Source: Deltaproteobacteria bacterium
GTDB lineage: Bacteria > Desulfobacterota > Desulfobaccia > Desulfobaccales > 0-14-0-80-60-11
DNA length: 63,175 nt
Direction of reading: 5' to 3'
NCBI GenBank assembly: GCA_026388765.1
Contig: JAPLJC010000198.1
Location: forward strand, 1 to 63,175
The translations under genes and the position numbers were made by a program. The notes beneath the pieces are model-generated. The model did no database searches and was not told where the DNA came from. It was given only the letters and a program-made list of their open reading frames with translations. How positions within the stretch are numbered: position 1 is the stretch's first letter; every line of letters begins with the position of its first letter. Below, piece after piece: positions 43,282 through 53,970 of the stretch.

Positions 43282-44724
43282 TTGCATCCCGAGATGAAAG
43301 GAGGCTATTTAAGGATGGCACTTGAATTGCATTTCCGAGAAAAAAGCTCTTCTCTCATCAATCTGCTTCACATCCTGGACTGCCTTCTTGTAGTCGCCAT
43401 GCTCTGGCTATCGGTGAAGATCCACAAGGTGCCGTGGTCTGAATTTTACTCTTCCCTTGCGGTTGGTTCCTTTATCTTATGCTTCCTCAGTTTTTATTCA
43501 GTAAAATTGTATCGTCCCTGGAGGGGTATCAGATTATACAGAGAACTTTTGGTTATCCTGAAGGCCTGGATGATATGCGCCAGTATCATACTATCTATAT
43601 TTTTTCTCTTTAAGATTTCAGACCAATATTCCAGGCTGGTCATCACCTCTTGGCTGGTGGCCAGCCCATTCACCATTTTTCTGATTCATCTGATGATGAG
43701 AAAAATACTCGGATTTCTGCGCAAGCGGGGCAAGAATCTGAGATTTGCCGTCATCGTCGGCGCAGGAGATCTTGGTTTAAGGCTGGTCAGACATATCAGG
43801 GCTATCCCCTGGGCCGGCATCAAGGTAATGGGGTTTTTCGATGATAAGAAAACCTCTGGCGGTCTGTTAAACGGCCACCATCCTGTATTGGGTACCATCG
43901 CGCAACTGCCAGCTTATTTAAAAAATAATAATATTGATTACGTTTATATTGCACTGCCCCTGCGGGCAGAGTCCAAGATCGTCTCAATTCTTAACGAGTG
44001 CAGAGCTCTTGGCGCCCAAATATTCATGGTTCCCGATCTCTTTGTTTTTGATATTTTTAATGCAGAGTTTCAAACCCTGGGCAATATGCCGGTGATAAAT
44101 TTTAATCCTGATTACCCCTGGAAACGATATTTCGATATAGTATTTTCACTGGCAGTAATTATTCTGTCATTACCTTTGACATTAATAGTTACATTATTGA
44201 TCAAGCTGGAAGATTGGGGCCCGGTTTTTTACGGAGCCAAGCGTATTACCATAGCGGGTAAAGAATTCAAGTGCTGGAAATTCCGGACCATGGTGGTCGA
44301 TGCTGATAAAAAATTGGCCCAAATCTTAAATACCGATCCCGAGGCCAGGAGAGAATGGGACTCGATTTTTAAATTAAAAAATGACCCGCGGATCACCAAG
44401 ATTGGCAAAATACTGAGGAATTTCAGCCTCGATGAACTCCCGCAATTCATTAATGTTCTTAAAGGTGATATGAGTATTGTCGGGGCAAGACCAGTGGTAT
44501 ATTCAGAACTGTGCCAGCATTATAAAGAAAATGCCGGGCTTTACTGCTCAATAAAACCGGGCATTACCGGACCATGGCAAATAGGGCCAAGGAATGATAT
44601 GGATGATTATACCCAAAGGGTTGAATTGGATATGTGGTATCTTCAGAACCTCTCTTTTTGGCTCGATTTGAAGATAATCTGTCGGACCGTTACAGTACTC
44701 TTCAGTGGCAAGGGAGCATATTAA
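43282..44724 (+). CDS. polyprenyl-phosphate hexose-1-phosphate transferase (WcaJ/WbaP-like initiating enzyme)
   Basis: 480 aa with N-terminal TM bundle, Rossmann-like VIVGAGDLGLRL and Bac_transf C-terminus FSLDELPQFINVLKGDMSIVGARP. TTG track start; the ATG at 43315 (MALELHF) is an alternative. Confidence 0.88.
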   Translation: MHPEMKGGYLRMALELHFREKSSSLINLLHILDCLLVVAMLWLSVKIHKVPWSEFYSSLAVGSFILCFLSFYSVKLYRPWRGIRLYRELLVILKAWMICASIILSIFFLFKISDQYSRLVITSWLVASPFTIFLIHLMMRKILGFLRKRGKNLRFAVIVGAGDLGLRLVRHIRAIPWAGIKVMGFFDDKKTSGGLLNGHHPVLGTIAQLPAYLKNNNIDYVYIALPLRAESKIVSILNECRALGAQIFMVPDLFVFDIFNAEFQTLGNMPVINFNPDYPWKRYFDIVFSLAVIILSLPLTLIVTLLIKLEDWGPVFYGAKRITIAGKEFKCWKFRTMVVDADKKLAQILNTDPEARREWDSIFKLKNDPRITKIGKILRNFSLDELPQFINVLKGDMSIVGARPVVYSELCQHYKENAGLYCSIKPGITGPWQIGPRNDMDDYTQRVELDMWYLQNLSFWLDLKIICRTVTVLFSGKGAY

Positions 44725-44974
44725 GTAAGGATTTCAACTTAATTCTGGAATAATTATCATTTATAACTTAATGAAAAGCTTCCCGGGATCATTCACGCCG
44801 GAAATTAGAGGGACTGTTCCAAAAAAATCTGTCCCAGATCTTAAGCATCGCTCCTGATAGCATTAATAGCCTGAACCTTCCCCAAATCCCCGTCATACCC
44901 CATCAGGTCGGACTTAAAGCTCCTTTCTCTGGCGACAGGCCTGGCTGGCGGCATGACGATCAGCAGCTAACGCC

Positions 44975-45640
44975 TCAGCGAGGGGCGGGCTGCTCTCCGG
45001 AGTATTTCAAAAATTCGGTACAGACGTCGCTCACAAAACCCTGGGTCTCAGGGATGGGGGGTACGTCAAGGCGCTGGCTCACCCGCTTGGGACCGGCGTT
45101 GTAGGCTGCCAGGGCCAGATGCAAGCGGTTATTAAACCTGTCCAATAACATCCGCAGGTATCGGACCCCTCCCGAGATATTCTCCCGGGGATCATACGGA
45201 TTGGCCACCAGCAAGTCATCCGCGGTCCCGGGCATCAACTGCATCAGGCCTTGGGCCCCTTTGGGAGAAGTGGCCGAAGGATTGAAATTTGATTCCACCC
45301 GGATCACCGCCTTTACCAGCGACGGTGGCACGTTATGGCTGCGGCTGGCCTCCTGAATCAAGGACTCAATTTCCTGGGGCGCTAATTTCCTGGCAACCGT
45401 GGGGGCCTTAACCCGAAATCTCGGGGGGGTGCGGAAAGACTGTGATGGAGAATTATCCTCTTTATTGGCAAAGTAATAATAGATTACCCCGTTTTTACGG
45501 ACTCGCAGGTACGGGTCCGCCTGGACTTGCTCAGGATAGCCAAGAAAAAACCAGGCGGCAAACCAGAGCATCACCACAGGAAGAACCCATAGTCGCTGGT
45601 TAGTCTTTATTTTTTGGCCTAATAAGGCAGCCATCGTCAT
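44975..45640 (-). CDS. lytic transglycosylase (SLT/GH23 domain) protein
   Basis: AVIRVESNFNPSATSPKGAQGLMQLMPGTA, AYNAGP; N-terminal TM or signal sequence. Confidence 0.85.
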   Translation of the reverse strand: MTMAALLGQKIKTNQRLWVLPVVMLWFAAWFFLGYPEQVQADPYLRVRKNGVIYYYFANKEDNSPSQSFRTPPRFRVKAPTVARKLAPQEIESLIQEASRSHNVPPSLVKAVIRVESNFNPSATSPKGAQGLMQLMPGTADDLLVANPYDPRENISGGVRYLRMLLDRFNNRLHLALAAYNAGPKRVSQRLDVPPIPETQGFVSDVCTEFLKYSGEQPAPR

Positions 45641-45814
45641 AACCGACCTTTACCTGGAGCCCACCAAAAAATAAAAGGAAATATCTTTACAAACCTGTTA
45701 GCAAATCTCCACTCTCCGGTCAAGTCAAAAATATTCTCCTAAAAACCAGCCGGCAATAAGCCAGCAATGACCACAAAAAGCGCCTAAGATGCCCTGAAGC
45801 CCTCACTGGGGGGA

Positions 45815-47506
<1,692 letters not shown>

Positions 47507-47688
47507 ATGAGCACCCTTTCGGGATAACGAAAAATTTTTCAACTAGAGACAAACATAAAATAAGCAATTCCAGGCCAATGACAACCGCCCCTGGCCCGAA
47601 ACCATTTTCTCACTGACAACAATTGGATAACTGGGTTACATTATATACTAGATAATGCCCCCGGCGAAAGCCGGTTTGCTGATTAAAG

Positions 47689-47764
47689 AGCCCAGGCAAG
47701 GGCAGCGCGCTGGGCCCCTACGGCCACACCGGCAGCGCTGGTAGGGGCACGGCGTGCCGTGCCC
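47689..47764. repeat. head-to-head pair of GTAGGGG-type REP-like hairpins
   Basis: GCCCAG...CTGGGCCCCTAC (47689-47721, inverted) and GTAGGGGCACGGCGTGCCGTGCCC (47741-47764). Confidence 0.6.
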
Positions 47765-47787
47765 TCAGGCAAGTTAAGGAACTCTTT

Positions 47788-48933
47788 ATGGCCCAGGAAT
47801 CTTACGCCGGCTTTGAACAAGGCCCCATCCGGCCCCCCAGCGAAGCCGGTAGCCTGCTGCTCCGGGTGACCCGCAACTGCCCCTGGAACCGCTGCAAGTT
47901 CTGCCCGGTATATAAAGGCACTCAGTTCTCCCGGCGTCCGGTGGACCACGTGCTCCGGGACATCGAGGCGGTTTACCGGGCCGTGCAGACCCTCACCGGT
48001 GAGGCCGGGGTGGTGGGCCGCCCGGAACCGGCCCGGCGTCAGGGTACGGGAGAGGCTCGCGGAGACCTCTGCGCCTGGCAGGCTGCGGCCAGTTGGGTCG
48101 ATAATGGCCGACGTTCGGTTTTTCTCCAGGACGCCGACAGCCTGGTGATCGGGGGCTCTGATCTAATAGATATCTTGTCTCACCTGACCAAGAGATTTCC
48201 CGGGGTGCAGCGGGTGACCTCGTATGCCCGCTCCAGCACCGTGGCCCGTATGGAGTCCAAGGATCTCAAGGCCCTCCGGGAATCGGGCTTAAACCGCCTG
48301 CATATCGGCCTGGAATCGGGCGCCAACGAAGTCCTGCGGCTGATGCACAAAGGCACCACCCAGAAGAACCAGATTGTGGCCGGCCTCAAGGTGAAACAGG
48401 CGGGGATGAAACTCTCGGAGTACTACATGCCGGGACTGGGGGGCCGGGGCTTCTGGGAGGCCAACGCCAGGGAGACCGCGGCCGCCCTGAACGAGATCAA
48501 TCCGGACTTCATCCGGCTGCGCACCCTGGCCATCCACGTCAGCGCCCCGCTCTATGACGATTATCGAGCGGGGAGGTTCGACAAACCCAACGACGTCGAG
48601 ATGGCCAGGGAAGTGTTGCTGTTCCTGGAATCACTGCGGGGCCTCAGCAGCGTGGTCAAGAGCGACCACATCCTTAACCTGCTGCCGGAGGTGGAAGGCG
48701 CCCTGCCGGAGGATCAGGGACTCATGATCTCGGTGGTTGAGGCCTTCCTGAAGCTGAGCCCGGAGGAGCAGGTCGTCTTCCAGGTGGGGCGGCGCACCGG
48801 GATGATGAATGGCCTGGGAGACCTCGAGGACCCGTTCCGGCGAGGCCGGGCCGAGGAGATCATCCGGAAGCATGAAATCACTTCAGCCAATGTGGATGCA
48901 GTGGTGGATGAGCTTATGCGGCAATTTGTTTGA
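47788..48933 (+). CDS. radical SAM protein, unknown function
   Basis: 381 aa. N-terminal GPIRPPSEAGSLLLRVTRNCPWNRCKFCPVY (CxxxCxxC). No B12 or SPASM motifs noticed. Confidence 0.8.
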   Translation: MAQESYAGFEQGPIRPPSEAGSLLLRVTRNCPWNRCKFCPVYKGTQFSRRPVDHVLRDIEAVYRAVQTLTGEAGVVGRPEPARRQGTGEARGDLCAWQAAASWVDNGRRSVFLQDADSLVIGGSDLIDILSHLTKRFPGVQRVTSYARSSTVARMESKDLKALRESGLNRLHIGLESGANEVLRLMHKGTTQKNQIVAGLKVKQAGMKLSEYYMPGLGGRGFWEANARETAAALNEINPDFIRLRTLAIHVSAPLYDDYRAGRFDKPNDVEMAREVLLFLESLRGLSSVVKSDHILNLLPEVEGALPEDQGLMISVVEAFLKLSPEEQVVFQVGRRTGMMNGLGDLEDPFRRGRAEEIIRKHEITSANVDAVVDELMRQFV

Positions 48934-48996
48934 AGTGAGTAATTAGAAGGCAAATCCAATGCCCCGATTCTGGATCATATTTTTTAAAGAATTTCC

Positions 48997-49052
48997 TTGA
49001 CAATGTCCATCCGTGTGGTTAAAAAATTACCATGTGGTAAATAAATTACCAC
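48997..49052 (+). promoter_or_regulatory. promoter plus palindromic operator of the XRE gene
   Basis: TTGACA (48997-49002)-N17-TAAAAA. Perfect palindrome TTACCA-TG-TGGTAA at 49027-49040 and an extra half-site TTACCAC at 49046-49052. Confidence 0.5.
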
Positions 49053-49072
49053 AAATTACGAGGAGAGAGGAT

Positions 49073-49438
49073 ATGTTTGGAAAATTTATAAAAGAGCGGA
49101 GGATTAAGAAGGGGTTAACCCTTAGAGAATTCTGCAAATTGATAGAAGTTGATGCGAGTAATTGGAGCAAAATTGAGCGTGGATTGCTCACCCCTCCCAA
49201 GAGCGAGTATAAGTTGAAGAAAATCGCTGAAATTTTGGAAATTCCAATAGGATCTGACTCATGGTTTGAGATGAAAGACAGGGCAGAATTAGATACAGGT
49301 AATATTCCCACAGACATTCGGTCGGATAAAGAATTGATAGGTCACCTTCCGATGTTTTTTAGGACGATAAGAAGCGAGAAGCCTTCTGCGGAGGAACTTG
49401 AGAAATTAATTGATATTATCAGAAAAGGGGGGGAGTAA
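49073..49438 (+). CDS. XRE-family helix-turn-helix protein
   Basis: AGGAGAGAGG SD; MFGKFIKERRIKKGLTLREFCKLIEVDASNWSKIERG. The track ORF starts earlier, at 49013. Confidence 0.85.
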   Translation: MFGKFIKERRIKKGLTLREFCKLIEVDASNWSKIERGLLTPPKSEYKLKKIAEILEIPIGSDSWFEMKDRAELDTGNIPTDIRSDKELIGHLPMFFRTIRSEKPSAEELEKLIDIIRKGGE

Positions 49439-50074
49439 TTGCCTTATAAAAAATTCAAATGTAAATGGATTTATAGGAAAGACCTTTATAAATATGCTGA
49501 TGAAATCCGCTCTAAATATTGGCCAGAGAATTTATTGCCAATAGATATGGAGAAAATAATTGAACTTAGATTAGGTTTAGATATTGAGCCTATGCGTGGC
49601 TTATATTCAATGATAGACACGGAAGCATGGCTAAAAATGGATTTAACTGGGATTGTAGTTGATCATGATCGTTATATGAACGAAAAATTTATAAACCGAT
49701 TGCGTTTTTCCCTTGCCCATGAATTAGGTCATTATTTTTTACATAAAGATGTTTACTCTAATCTTTTTTTTAATTCTCTGGAAATATGGAAAGAATTTTT
49801 GACAAATGTTTTTGAAGCAGAATATAAAGATTTTGAATGGCAAGCAGACGAATTTGCAGGGAGGTTCTTAGTTCCATATGACGTTTTGGCAATTAAAGTA
49901 AAAGAAGCAATTGAGTACATAAAACAAAAAAAATTAGTAGAATATTTGAGACAAGAACCGGATGCCGTCTTATCAAGTGTTGCGCCATTTCTCCGAAAAC
50001 CATTTGTTGTCTCAGAACAAGTTATCAAGATTCGCGTTCAAAATGAAGGATTATGGCCTCCCAAAGTCATTTAA
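49439..50074 (+). CDS. ImmA/IrrE-family (COG2856) zinc metallopeptidase
   Basis: HEXXH motif as SLAHELGHYFLH. TTG start abuts the XRE stop codon. Confidence 0.85.
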   Translation: MPYKKFKCKWIYRKDLYKYADEIRSKYWPENLLPIDMEKIIELRLGLDIEPMRGLYSMIDTEAWLKMDLTGIVVDHDRYMNEKFINRLRFSLAHELGHYFLHKDVYSNLFFNSLEIWKEFLTNVFEAEYKDFEWQADEFAGRFLVPYDVLAIKVKEAIEYIKQKKLVEYLRQEPDAVLSSVAPFLRKPFVVSEQVIKIRVQNEGLWPPKVI

Positions 50075-50206
50075 AAAATCAAATCAACTATCTAAAAATC
50101 AGAGGAGGGCCAATTGCCCTCCTTTTTATTTAGAACTTAATTTTAAAGGGTTGGGAAATGGGTTAGAGGCCCATATTCCTATCCCCTTCCCTGGCGAATC
50201 ATCCCC

Positions 50207-51928
50207 TCAAATCCTCTTCAACAGCTTCTTCAACTCCGGCCAGGGGCGGGTATTCAAGACGTCTGGAGCCTCCAACCAACCCCGCCGGGCCTGGCCGATG
50301 CCCCAGCGCATATAATTGAGGTCCGCGGTGCTATGGGCGTCGGTGGAGATGGACACCTTAACCCCCAGGTCTTTCGCCAGCTTGCAGTGGATGTCGATCA
50401 GGTCCAGGCGGTCCGGTTGGGAATCGAGCTCCATGAGGCAGCCCCGTTCTTTGGCCGCCCGCATCAACCGCTCCATGTCCACGTCGTAAGGCTCCCGCCG
50501 GTGAATCAGGCGGCCGCTCGGATGGGCCAGGATGTTAAAATAAGGGTTGTCCATGGCCCGGATAATCCTTTCGGTCTGCGCCTCCCGGCTCAGGTTGAAG
50601 TTGTAGTGCACGGCGCAGACGGTGAGGTCCAACTCCTTCAGGATCTCATCCGGCAGGTCGAGCGTCCCGTCTTCCAGGATATCCATTTCGATGGCCTTTA
50701 AGAGGACAATGCCTTGCAGCTTGCCGTTGAGGCGGTCGATCTCGGCCATTTCGGCGGCCAGGTTCTTGGCGTCATGTCCATGGGCCATGCTCACCCGTTT
50801 GGAGTGGTTGGTAATGGCCAGATATTCGTAACCCCGCCCCTTGGCGGCCTGGGCCATTTCCTCCAGGGTGTTGCGGCCGTCGGTGGCCTTGGTGTGGGCA
50901 TGGAGGTCGCCCCGGATATCCGTTAGGGTGATGAGCCTGGGGAGCCGGCCCTGCTGGGCCGCCTCGATCTCGCCCCAGTCCTCCCGCAACTCTGGCTCAA
51001 TATAGGGCAGGTCCACCGCAGCATAGACCTCCGCTTCGGTCCGGCCGGCCACCCGGGCCTCCCCCTTAAAGACCCCGTATTCGTTGATCTTGAGGCCACG
51101 CTGCACCCCCAGGTGGCGGATGGCGATGTTGTGGGCCTTGGAGCCGGTGAAGTAGGTGAGGGCGGCGCCGTAGCTCTCCTGGGGCACTACCCGCAGGTCC
51201 ACCTGCAAGCCATTGCGCAGCACCACGGAGGACTTGGTGTCTCCCCGGGCAAGCACCTTGCTCACGTCTTCATAAGAGACTAAGGCGTCCAGCACCCGGA
51301 AGGCCGCCTCGCAGGTGACCAGGACGTCCAGGTCCCCCACGGTTTCCTTACAGCGGCGGTAACTCCCGGCCACGATGACCTGGTCCACCCCCGGCACGGC
51401 CTGGAGATGCTGCCGCAAAGATTCGGCCACGGGCTCCACCGTCACCAGCTTGAAGCGTTTCCCGGCTGCCGCAAGCTGGACCAGGCCCTCCAGGACCAGC
51501 GCCTCGATCTTGGGTCCGAAGCCTTTCAGCTCCTTGACCTTCCCGGCTTGGGCCGCCGCCTTCAGGTCCTCTGCGGTAGTGACCCCCAGTTTCTCATGGA
51601 GGATATGGACCCGCTTGGGACCCAGGCCGGCGACGTTCATCAACCGCGCCAGGGCTGGAGGAGTGCGGCCCTCCAATTCTTTGAGCAGGCCCAGGTCGCC
51701 GGTCTTGACGATTTCGGTGATCTTGCCCGCCAGGTCCTGGCCCACCCCGGGGAGCCGGGTCAAATCTTCACCCCGGGCCACCAGGTCCGCCAGGCTCTGG
51801 GACATGCCGCCCACCACCCGGGCGGCGTTGCGGTAGGCCCGCACCCGGAAGGGATTGGCGCCTTCGATCTCCAGGAGATCCGCCACCTTCTCGAAGATTT
51901 CGGTGATGTCGTGGTTGTGGATCGGCAT
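50207..51928 (-). CDS. polX: DNA polymerase/3'-5' exonuclease PolX (PolX core + PHP domain)
   Basis: 573 aa: IFEKVADLLEIEGANPFRVRAYRNAAR, HhH motifs, GSYRRCKETVGDLDVLV, PHP histidines DLHAHT. Confidence 0.92.
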   Translation of the reverse strand: MPIHNHDITEIFEKVADLLEIEGANPFRVRAYRNAARVVGGMSQSLADLVARGEDLTRLPGVGQDLAGKITEIVKTGDLGLLKELEGRTPPALARLMNVAGLGPKRVHILHEKLGVTTAEDLKAAAQAGKVKELKGFGPKIEALVLEGLVQLAAAGKRFKLVTVEPVAESLRQHLQAVPGVDQVIVAGSYRRCKETVGDLDVLVTCEAAFRVLDALVSYEDVSKVLARGDTKSSVVLRNGLQVDLRVVPQESYGAALTYFTGSKAHNIAIRHLGVQRGLKINEYGVFKGEARVAGRTEAEVYAAVDLPYIEPELREDWGEIEAAQQGRLPRLITLTDIRGDLHAHTKATDGRNTLEEMAQAAKGRGYEYLAITNHSKRVSMAHGHDAKNLAAEMAEIDRLNGKLQGIVLLKAIEMDILEDGTLDLPDEILKELDLTVCAVHYNFNLSREAQTERIIRAMDNPYFNILAHPSGRLIHRREPYDVDMERLMRAAKERGCLMELDSQPDRLDLIDIHCKLAKDLGVKVSISTDAHSTADLNYMRWGIGQARRGWLEAPDVLNTRPWPELKKLLKRI

Positions 51929-52054
51929 GAGGAAGACAGTTTCGAGTTTTTATTTTTTAGTTAAAAGAAAATTAATCACCCGGAGGCCAGGCGCAAGTTG
52001 AGGCAGGAGGCAACTGAGGAAGGGGCAAATCATTTCGCCCAAGGGTAAAACTCA

Positions 52055-52083
52055 GCATCCCCCCTCTCAAGGAGGGGGAATGC
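52055..52083 (-). terminator. probable terminator after gap
   Basis: Minus-strand RNA GCAUUCCCCCUC-CUUGA-GAGGGGGGAUGC (12 bp including one GU), followed by UGAGUUUUACCC. Confidence 0.55.
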
Positions 52084-52134
52084 TCTAAAAAGGCGGGAAA
52101 TTCAGCAAAATCTGATAATCGCGAGCTCAGCAGT

Positions 52135-53133
52135 TCAGCATGCCTTGGCGAGTCTCACCGCCTCCCGGATCATCTGGCTGGTATAGCTCCATTCGTTGTC
52201 GTACCAGCTGAAGACCTTCACCAGGTCGCCATCCACCACCTGGGTCATGCTGGGATCGAAGATGGAGGCATAGGTGCTGCCGATGATATCGGAAGAAACG
52301 ATTTCATCCTTGGCGTAATCCAGGATACCCTGGTAACGCTCGCTTTCGGATTCTTCCTTGAAGATACGGTTGACCTCCTCCGCCGTGGTGGGCCGCTCGG
52401 TGAGGAAGACCAGGTCGGCCACGGAACCCAGAATGACCGGGCAGCGCATGGCCACCCCGTCGAATTTGCCCTTGTACTGCGGCAGGACGTTGGTGGTGGC
52501 CACCGCCGCGCCGGTGGAGGTGGGCACCAGGTTGGCCGCCCCGGCGCGGCCCCGGCGAAATTTCTTGCTGGGACCGTCCACTATGGCCTGGGAGGAAGTA
52601 TAAGCGTGGATGGTGGTCATGGTGGCCTTCTTGATGCCAATGCGGCGGCCCATGATCTCCACCACCGGGGTGATGCAGTTGGTGGTGCAGGAGGCGCAGG
52701 AGATGGCGCGGTCGGCCTCCCCGGGCCTGGTGACCCCGTGGACGATGCAGCAGACGTCGCCACCCTTGGGGGGAGCGGAGAGAATGGCGTATTTGGCTCC
52801 GGCGGCCAAGTGTTTGCCCAGGCCTTCGGACTGGGTAAAGAGGCCGGTGCACTCAAAGACGATATCTATGCCCAAGTCCTTCCAGGGCAGTTGAGCCGGG
52901 TCTTTGACGCTCAAAAATTTTATGGTCTTCCCGGCCACCTGCAAGGCCTCGCTGCTGAATTCCACCCGGTTCTTGTAGCGGCCATAGACGGTATCGTAAT
53001 TGAGCAAGTAGGCCAGATTATCAATGGGCATCAGGTCGTTGACTGCAACCAGCTCCAGCTCCGGTTGATCCATAATGATTTTAAACGCCGCCCTGCCGAT
53101 CCTTCCCATACCGTTAATTGCGACCTTTGCCAT
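52135..53133 (-). CDS. gap: type I glyceraldehyde-3-phosphate dehydrogenase
   Basis: MAKVAINGMGRIGR from ATG 53133 with an AGGAGG SD; active site SCASCTTNC. The track ORF start at 53265 is an upstream extension. Confidence 0.95.
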   Translation of the reverse strand: MAKVAINGMGRIGRAAFKIIMDQPELELVAVNDLMPIDNLAYLLNYDTVYGRYKNRVEFSSEALQVAGKTIKFLSVKDPAQLPWKDLGIDIVFECTGLFTQSEGLGKHLAAGAKYAILSAPPKGGDVCCIVHGVTRPGEADRAISCASCTTNCITPVVEIMGRRIGIKKATMTTIHAYTSSQAIVDGPSKKFRRGRAGAANLVPTSTGAAVATTNVLPQYKGKFDGVAMRCPVILGSVADLVFLTERPTTAEEVNRIFKEESESERYQGILDYAKDEIVSSDIIGSTYASIFDPSMTQVVDGDLVKVFSWYDNEWSYTSQMIREAVRLAKAC

Positions 53134-53385
53134 GCTCGACCTCCTGAGGAAAATGTAATCTGCTTGATCAACCCCATTATGTCCCATGTCCGCCCCATAA
53201 TGCAACTTGGTCAGTTGCTTTTCCAGATGGGCGGCAGGTCGGGATCGGGCCGGGGACCAGTACACCCTGTAAAATAAATAATCACCATCACGGCTGGCGC
53301 AAGCAGTCCCGGGGGATATCTCAGTCCTGGCCGGCTCTCCCTGCGGCTCCGCCGCCGCTAAATATTTTCATCCCCCAGGTCCGGC

Positions 53386-53415
53386 TTGCTTTTAACAAAA
53401 TGCCTGGTGTATGAT
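53386..53415 (+). promoter_or_regulatory. possible sigma70 promoter of glnB
   Basis: TTGCTT-N18-TATGAT, ~65 nt upstream of the ATG. Confidence 0.35.
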
Positions 53416-53466
53416 CCGATAACCTTGTACTCCGTGCTCCTGCCTTAGAGGAGAAACCTGGACTGA

Positions 53467-53817
<351 letters not shown>

Positions 53818-53823
53818 AAGCTT

Positions 53824-53927
53824 GGGGTAAAAGGGAAAACGGGAAAGAGGGGAAGAGGGTGAGACCCATCACGCCTTTTCGCCTTTCCCTTTCCCCTTCC
53901 CCTTTCCCCCTTTCCCCTCTACCTTCC
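53824..53927. repeat. polypurine arm / polypyrimidine arm inverted repeat (GGGAAA... / ...TTTCCC)
   Basis: ggggtaaaagggaaaacgggaaagaggggaagaggg (53824-53859), then ccttttcgcctttccctttccccttcccctttccccctttcccctctaccttcc (53874-53927). A related element lies at 57267-57443. Confidence 0.6.
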
Positions 53928-53970
53928 ATCCTTGACTCCCTCCCAGAGAACCTTACCTTTTCATTAATTA

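Noticed and set aside
47683-47949. 88-aa minus-strand ORF across the glnS / radical SAM intergenic region.
   Set aside because: It is the translation of REP-like palindromes (…GTARRAPTSAAGVAVGAQRAA…) and overlaps the radical SAM start. It is not a gene.
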